The position numbers and the translations under genes are program-made. 64,000 nt of DNA from Alphaproteobacteria bacterium (GTDB lineage Bacteria; Pseudomonadota; Alphaproteobacteria; Bin95), in the NCBI GenBank assembly GCA_963422665.1, contig OY730441.1, forward strand, positions 4,194,489 to 4,258,488. The letters run 5' to 3'. Below are positions 58,569 through 64,000 of the stretch, in pieces; the stretch's first letter is position 1; the number at the start of each line of letters is the position of its first letter. Under the pieces are notes generated by a model. That model ran no database searches. It saw only the letters and a program-made list of their open reading frames with translations, and had not been told where the DNA came from.

Positions 58569-59450
58569 ATGGAAAAACGGGTCGTATTCTCCAAGCTGGG
58601 CCTGCCGATACTTCTGGTGGCCCCGCAGATCGTCATCACGCTGGTCTTCTTCATCTGGCCGGCGAGTCAGGCGCTTTACCAGTCGCTCCTGCTCGAAGAC
58701 GCCTTCGGCCTCAAGAGCCAATTCGTCTGGCTCGACAATTTCATCGCCCTTTTCTCCGACCCCCACTATCTGGACAGCTTCGCCCGCACGGTCGTCTTCT
58801 CGGCGGCGACGGCCGGCCTGTCGCTCGGCGTCGCGCTCTTTCTTGCGGCAATGGCCGACCGGGTGCTGAAGGGCGCCACAGCCTACCGGACCCTGATCGT
58901 CTGGCCCTACGCTGTCGCCCCTGCGGTGGCGGGCGTGCTCTGGTTCTTCATGTTCAATCCTTCCATCGGGGTTCTCGCCTACCTGCTCAAGGGACTCGGT
59001 TACGACTGGAACCACTATCTGGACGGCACTGACGCCATGATCCTTGTCATCTTCGCGGCCTCATGGAAGCAGGTCAGCTATAATTTCCTTTTCTTCCTTG
59101 CGGGGCTGCAGGCGATCCCGCGCTCCCTCGTCGAGGCGGCCGCCATCGACGGCGCCCGCCCTTTCAAGCGGTTCTGGACGATCATCTTTCCCCTGCTCTC
59201 GCCGACCGCCTTCTTCCTGCTGGTGGTCAACATCGTCTATGCGTTCTTCGACACGTTCGGGATCGTGCACGCGACCACGAGCGGCGGCCCGGCGCAATCC
59301 ACCACCATCCTCGTCTACAAGGTGTTCAACGACGGCTTTATCGGGCTCGACCTCGGCGGCTCGGCGGCGCAGTCGGTCGTGCTCATGGCCGTCGTCATAA
59401 CGCTCACCGTGTTCCAGTTCCGCTATATCGAGCGGAAAGTGGCCTACTGA
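58569..59450 (+). CDS. ugpA: sn-glycerol-3-phosphate ABC transporter permease
   Basis: MalF-type permease with an EAA loop ([17 protein letters not shown]). Confidence 0.8.
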   Translation: MEKRVVFSKLGLPILLVAPQIVITLVFFIWPASQALYQSLLLEDAFGLKSQFVWLDNFIALFSDPHYLDSFARTVVFSAATAGLSLGVALFLAAMADRVLKGATAYRTLIVWPYAVAPAVAGVLWFFMFNPSIGVLAYLLKGLGYDWNHYLDGTDAMILVIFAASWKQVSYNFLFFLAGLQAIPRSLVEAAAIDGARPFKRFWTIIFPLLSPTAFFLLVVNIVYAFFDTFGIVHATTSGGPAQSTTILVYKVFNDGFIGLDLGGSAAQSVVLMAVVITLTVFQFRYIERKVAY

Positions 59451-59462
59451 GGGGCGGGGACG

Positions 59463-60311
59463 ATGGTCGAAAACCGCCCCTGGCTCACAGTTCTCTCGCA
59501 TGTCGTGCTCTGTCTCGGCGTGCTGGTCACCGCGCTCCCGATCTGGATTGCCTTCGTCGCCTCGACGCATCCGGCCGACTCCATGCTGTCGGGGCGGACG
59601 CCGATGCTGCCGGGCGGCAACATGCTCGAGAACTACGCGACCGTGCTCGGTTCCGGCGTGAAGGCCGCGGGCAGCATCCCGGTCGGTGCGATGCTCTGGA
59701 ACTCGCTCGTCATGGCGCTGATGATCGCCGTGGGCAAGATCGCGATCTCGATCATCGCCGCCTACGCCATCGTCTATTTCCGCTTTCCGCTGCGCAAGAC
59801 GTGCTTCTGGGTCATCTTCATCACCCTCATGCTGCCGGTCGAGGTGCGCATCCTGCCGACCTTCGCCGTGGTGGCCAGCCTGGACATGCTGAACAGCTAC
59901 TGGGGCCTGTCCGTGCCGCTGATCGCGAGCGCGACGGCGACATTCCTGTTCCGGCAGTTCTTCCTGACCGTGCCCGAGGAGCTCGCCGAGGCGGCGCGCA
60001 TAGACGGGGCGGGGCCGTTCAAATTTTTCCGCGACATTCTGCTGCCCCTCTCCCGGACCAATATCGCGGCGCTCTTCGTCATTCTCTTCATCTTCGGCTG
60101 GAACCAGTATCTGTGGCCGCTTCTGGTCACCACCGACGAGAGCTTCCATACGATCGTCATGGGCATTCAGCGCATGCTCCAGGCGGAGGATGCCGAGCCC
60201 GCATGGCACGAGATCATGGCGACCGCGATGCTGGCGATGTTGCCGCCCGTCCTGGTCGTGGTCTGCATGCAGCGCCTGTTCGTGAAGGGGCTGATCGAGC
60301 AAGAGAAATGA
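59463..60311 (+). CDS. ugpE: sn-glycerol-3-phosphate ABC transporter permease
   Basis: MalG-type permease (EAARIDGAGPFKFFRDI). Confidence 0.8.
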   Translation: MVENRPWLTVLSHVVLCLGVLVTALPIWIAFVASTHPADSMLSGRTPMLPGGNMLENYATVLGSGVKAAGSIPVGAMLWNSLVMALMIAVGKIAISIIAAYAIVYFRFPLRKTCFWVIFITLMLPVEVRILPTFAVVASLDMLNSYWGLSVPLIASATATFLFRQFFLTVPEELAEAARIDGAGPFKFFRDILLPLSRTNIAALFVILFIFGWNQYLWPLLVTTDESFHTIVMGIQRMLQAEDAEPAWHEIMATAMLAMLPPVLVVVCMQRLFVKGLIEQEK

Positions 60312-60350
60312 CCGCCGGCGCCGGGAGGGCGGTTCGAGGGAGTTGACAGC

Positions 60351-61436
60351 ATGGCCGGGCTGGAATTCGTCGATGTACGAAAGACCTACCCCAATGGGGT
60401 GAAGGCGATCCACGGGATCGACATGGCGGTCAGCGACGGCGAATTCGTCGTCATCGTCGGCCCGTCCGGCTGCGGGAAGTCCACCCTGCTGCGCATGGTT
60501 GCCGGGCTCGAAACGGTGACGGAAGGGGAGGTCCGGATCGGAGAAAGGCGGGTCAACGAGCTGGAGCCTGCGGACCGGAACATAGCGATGGTGTTCCAGA
60601 ACTACGCGCTCTATCCCCATATGAGCGTGTTCGACAACATGGCCTACGGTCTGCGCAACCGGCGCACGCCTCGCAACGAGATCGCGCGCCGGGTCGCCGA
60701 GGCCGCCGGGACGCTTCAGCTGGAAGGGCTGCTCGACCGCAGGCCCGGACAGCTATCGGGCGGCCAGCGCCAGCGCGTGGCGATGGGCCGGGCCATCGTC
60801 CGCGAGCCGGAGGCCTTTCTCTTCGACGAGCCGCTGTCGAATCTCGACGCCAAGTTGCGCGTGCAGATGCGGCTGGAAATCAAGCGGCTGCAGCGCGCGC
60901 TCGGAACCACCAGCCTTTATGTGACCCACGACCAGGTGGAGGCGATGACGCTCGCCGACCGACTGATTGTCATGAATGCCGGAGTGGCGGAGCAAATCGG
61001 CACGCCGCTCGAGATTTACGAGGCGCCCGCCACCCTGTTCGTCGCCGGCTTCATCGGATCGCCCGCGATGAACTTCCTGCCGGGGACGGTGGCCGAAGAC
61101 GGGCGTGGCGCGATTCTGGACGGTTCGGGCGGGGCGATGCCCGTTGCGCCGCCTGCTTTCCCGGAAGGAGGCCGGATCGTCGTCGGTATCCGCCCGGAGC
61201 ATCTGGAGTCCGTTGCCCGCGAGGCGGCGGCGCTTGAGGTCGTCGCCGAACTCGTCGAGGCGCTCGGTGCGGACAACCTTGTCCACGGACAGCTGGCCGG
61301 CGACGGAGAGCGCGCGGCGGTGACGGTGCGCGTGGACGGCGCCCGGCAGGTCGCAGCCGGCGAGATACTCTCCCTGGCGGTGGCGCCGAAGCATGTCCAC
61401 TTCTTCGATCCCGATAGCGGCAACCGCCTGGTCTGA
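60351..61436 (+). CDS. ugpC: sn-glycerol-3-phosphate ABC transporter ATP-binding protein
   Basis: Walker [10 protein letters not shown], signature LSGGQRQRV, Walker [11 protein letters not shown], and a MalK-like C-terminal TOBE domain. Confidence 0.85.
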   Translation: MAGLEFVDVRKTYPNGVKAIHGIDMAVSDGEFVVIVGPSGCGKSTLLRMVAGLETVTEGEVRIGERRVNELEPADRNIAMVFQNYALYPHMSVFDNMAYGLRNRRTPRNEIARRVAEAAGTLQLEGLLDRRPGQLSGGQRQRVAMGRAIVREPEAFLFDEPLSNLDAKLRVQMRLEIKRLQRALGTTSLYVTHDQVEAMTLADRLIVMNAGVAEQIGTPLEIYEAPATLFVAGFIGSPAMNFLPGTVAEDGRGAILDGSGGAMPVAPPAFPEGGRIVVGIRPEHLESVAREAAALEVVAELVEALGADNLVHGQLAGDGERAAVTVRVDGARQVAAGEILSLAVAPKHVHFFDPDSGNRLV

Positions 61437-61444
61437 GCGCACGG

Positions 61445-62359
61445 ATGCTGGAAATAGACGGGCATCGTGGCGCGCGCGGGCTGTTGCCGGAAAACACGCT
61501 TCCGGCATTCGAGCGTGCGATCGCTCTTGGAGTCGACGGATTGGAGTTCGACATCGGGCTGACCCGGGACGGCGTTCCCGTTGTCCATCACGACCCGGCG
61601 CTCGACCCGGACCATACGCGCGACGCCGGCGGAGCATGGCTGGCATCGCCCGGGCCGCTCCTCCGGGACCTGGATCTAGCAGCGCTGTCGGGCTTCGATG
61701 TCGGCAGGGCCAGAACGGGCGGCCCGACCGCCAACAGGTTCCCGCACCAGGAGCCGCGCGACGGCGCGCGCATCCCTGCTCTGGCGGAAGTTCTGGCGTT
61801 GGGCCGGCGGCCCGGGGCCGGTGCCGTCCGCTTCAGCATCGAAATCAAGCGGTCGCCGCTGGCGCCGGACGAGACGGCGGAGCCGGAGGCGTTCGCGAGG
61901 GCGGTCGTGGCGGCGGTGCGGAAGGAGGGTATGATTCCCCGGGCGAGTGTCCGGGCCTTCGACTGGCGCGTGCTCCGCGAAATTCGAAAGCTCGCGCCGG
62001 ACCTTCCCATCGCCTGCCTTACGGTCGAGCAAAGCTGGCTCGACACCATATTGCGCGACCGGCCCGAACCCTCTCCCTGGGCCTCGGGCCTGAATATCCA
62101 CGAACATGGCGGTTCGGTGCCGAGGATGGTGCACCGGTTCGGCGGACCGGTGTGGTCGCCCTTTTATACCGACCTGACCGCAGAATCGTTTACCGAAGCC
62201 CGTAGTCTCGGCCTCAAGGTCGTGGTCTGGACGGTGAACGAGGTCAGCGACATGCGGGCGCTGGCCCGGCTCGGCGTCGATGGCATCGTCACCGATTATC
62301 CCGACCGCGCCATTGAAGCGTTGGCGCCATGGCGTCAGGAAACGCCGCAGACCGTTTGA
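61445..62359 (+). CDS. ugpQ: glycerophosphodiester phosphodiesterase
   Basis: GP-PDE motifs (DGHRGARGLLPENTLPAFE...GLEFDIGLTRDGVPVVHHD). Confidence 0.75.
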   Translation: MLEIDGHRGARGLLPENTLPAFERAIALGVDGLEFDIGLTRDGVPVVHHDPALDPDHTRDAGGAWLASPGPLLRDLDLAALSGFDVGRARTGGPTANRFPHQEPRDGARIPALAEVLALGRRPGAGAVRFSIEIKRSPLAPDETAEPEAFARAVVAAVRKEGMIPRASVRAFDWRVLREIRKLAPDLPIACLTVEQSWLDTILRDRPEPSPWASGLNIHEHGGSVPRMVHRFGGPVWSPFYTDLTAESFTEARSLGLKVVVWTVNEVSDMRALARLGVDGIVTDYPDRAIEALAPWRQETPQTV

Positions 62360-63849
62360 AGATAAGCTCCGAGGCGCTCCGCTCCGTCGGCCGGGACGCC
62401 AAGGCCCTTCCGGGTGCGCCGCCACAGAACGTCCTCGGCAGTCAGGGCCCATTCGCGACGGACCAGATGATCCACCTCCACCGCGTACAGCCCGGCTCCG
62501 AAGTGCTCGCCCAGATCCGCGACGCTCCCGCAGCCGGAAAGCAGGGCGTCCGTCTCGGTTCCGTAGTGGCGCGCGTAATGCCCGAGAAGCTCCTCGGGCA
62601 GCCATGAATGGCGCGCCGCGCACTGCGCTGCGAATGAAGCGATGTCCGCATCGGGAATGTCCCCGCCGGGAAGCGGCGCATCGCGGGTCCACCCCGGCCT
62701 GTCGACGCCGAGAGGCCGGGACAGCAAGTCCACCGCCTGCTCGGCAAGCCTGCGGTAGGTCGTGATCTTGCCGCCATACACCGAGAGCATCGGCGCCGGG
62801 TCGCGCTCGAGCTCCAGCACATAGTCGCGCGTGACCTCGCTCGCCTTTTTCGCCCGGTCGTCGAACAGCGGACGGACGCCGGAATAGCTCCACACCACAT
62901 CGTCGGGAGTGACCGAAGACTTGAAATAGAGATTGGCAGCCGCGCAGATATAGTCGGTTTCACCGGGCGAAATCCCGACCCGTCCCGGTTCGCCCCCAAA
63001 CTCCACATCGGTCGTCCCCAGGAGCGTAAAATCCTCCTCGAAGGGGATTGCGAACAGCACGCGCCCGTCTCCGCTCTGGAAGATGTAGGGATGGGCGTGG
63101 TCGAAGAGCTTGCGCACCACGATATGGCTGCCCTTGACGAGCCTCACCTCCTGCTCCGCGCCGCCGCCGGCGAGCGAACGGGTGCGGCTGACCCAAGGGC
63201 CGGTCGCATTGGCGACGCTCCGCGCCATGACGGTGAATCGCTCGCCCGACAGCCGGTCTTCCAGAACGGCTTCCCAGCCTGAATCGCCCGGAGAGAGCGA
63301 CACGCATTCCGTGCGGGTCCGGATTTCCGCGCCCCGCGCACAGGCGTCGCGCGCGTTCAGCACCACCAGGCGCGAGTCCTGCGCCCAGCAGTCGGAATAT
63401 TCGAAAGCCCGGCGGTATCGGCGCTGCAAGGCCCGCCCGCTCTCATGCCGGCGGAGATCGATACTCGCGCAGCGCGGCAGCGAGGCGCGGCCGCCCAGAT
63501 GGTCATAGAGAAAGAGGCCCAGCCGGATCATCCACCAGGGGCGCAGCCCGGCATGATGCGGAAGCACGAAACGCATCGGCCAGACGATGTGCGGCGCGTT
63601 GCGCAACAGCACTTCGCGCTCGCGCAGGGAATGGCGCACGAGTCGGAAGTCGTACTGCTCCAGATAGCGAAGCCCGCCATGGATCAGCTTGGTGCTGGCG
63701 GACGAGGTATGCGCAGCGAGATCGTCGCGTTCGCACAGCAGGACCTCAAGGCCGCGCCCCGCCGCATCCCGTGCGATACCGGCGCCGTTGACGCCGCCGC
63801 CGACGACAAGCAGGTCCGCTTTGCGCGGAGCAGGGCTCTCCGAAGCCAT
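62335..63849 (-). CDS. glpD: glycerol-3-phosphate dehydrogenase (FAD)
   Basis: DLLVVGGGVNGAGIARDAAGRGL...KLIHGGLRYLE. The start is taken at MASESPAPRKADLL. Confidence 0.85.
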   Translation of the reverse strand: MASESPAPRKADLLVVGGGVNGAGIARDAAGRGLEVLLCERDDLAAHTSSASTKLIHGGLRYLEQYDFRLVRHSLREREVLLRNAPHIVWPMRFVLPHHAGLRPWWMIRLGLFLYDHLGGRASLPRCASIDLRRHESGRALQRRYRRAFEYSDCWAQDSRLVVLNARDACARGAEIRTRTECVSLSPGDSGWEAVLEDRLSGERFTVMARSVANATGPWVSRTRSLAGGGAEQEVRLVKGSHIVVRKLFDHAHPYIFQSGDGRVLFAIPFEEDFTLLGTTDVEFGGEPGRVGISPGETDYICAAANLYFKSSVTPDDVVWSYSGVRPLFDDRAKKASEVTRDYVLELERDPAPMLSVYGGKITTYRRLAEQAVDLLSRPLGVDRPGWTRDAPLPGGDIPDADIASFAAQCAARHSWLPEELLGHYARHYGTETDALLSGCGSVADLGEHFGAGLYAVEVDHLVRREWALTAEDVLWRRTRKGLGVPADGAERLGAYLQTVCGVS

Positions 63850-64000
63850 TCGAACGCAGCCCTCCTGCGGGCGACCGAAGCGTCGGCCCGGCCGACGGGC
63901 CGATGAAGAGCCGGTCGCCTCACCCCCTGTCAAGGCCGGGGCATGTCCTGGCGTGAAGGCGCAACGGCCTTCCGGAGACAGGGCAGTCGTCGGCATTCGT

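Overview
This is a high-GC (about 68-70% by eye) chromosome segment with alphaproteobacterial character: a ugpBAEC-ugpQ/glpD block, a Rhizobiales/Rhodobacterales-type porin remnant, RluA, acnA and metY. Assignment to Rhizobiales is only a guess. Roughly 0-28 kb and 44.5-64 kb look like ordinary core and metabolic genes. Features on these stretches, beyond the metabolic loci listed in the feature table, are a serine hydrolase/GST/MFS operon, a STAS-GPP34 pair, an orphan hyuB and a tRNA-Val. In between, 28.4-44.5 kb is an IS-dense mosaic. Two about 99%-identical IS3-family copies sit in inverted orientation and bracket 12.7 kb of cargo. The cargo holds an IS110, a succinate-dehydrogenase-like operon in the unusual order B-C-D-A, a frameshifted porin cut by an IS5-like remnant, and a low-GC stretch with a Cys-rich repeat peptide and small DNA-binding ORFs. 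It also holds an IS1-like element that looks leaderless, an LLM oxidoreductase and a dimethylglycine/sarcosine-dehydrogenase-like gene. An IS66 tnpC remnant lies just outside, cut by the second IS3 copy. Several genes are visibly decayed: an S8 autotransporter, a HATPase_c_4 regulator fused to a duplicated GT25 N-terminus, a DUF4143 ATPase, the porin and an integrase stub. A small dispersed repeat family (TGTCATG iterons plus a conserved 60-bp tail) occurs at three sites. I see no CRISPR array, no rRNA and no recognisable defence system. I could not find a large, coherent novel multi-gene system. The most unusual items are the Cys-rich peptide locus, the STAS-GPP34 bicistron, the IS3-bracketed cargo and the repeat family. 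Positions I read by hand from the sequence lines may be off by 1 nt; positions derived from the ORF track are preferred.
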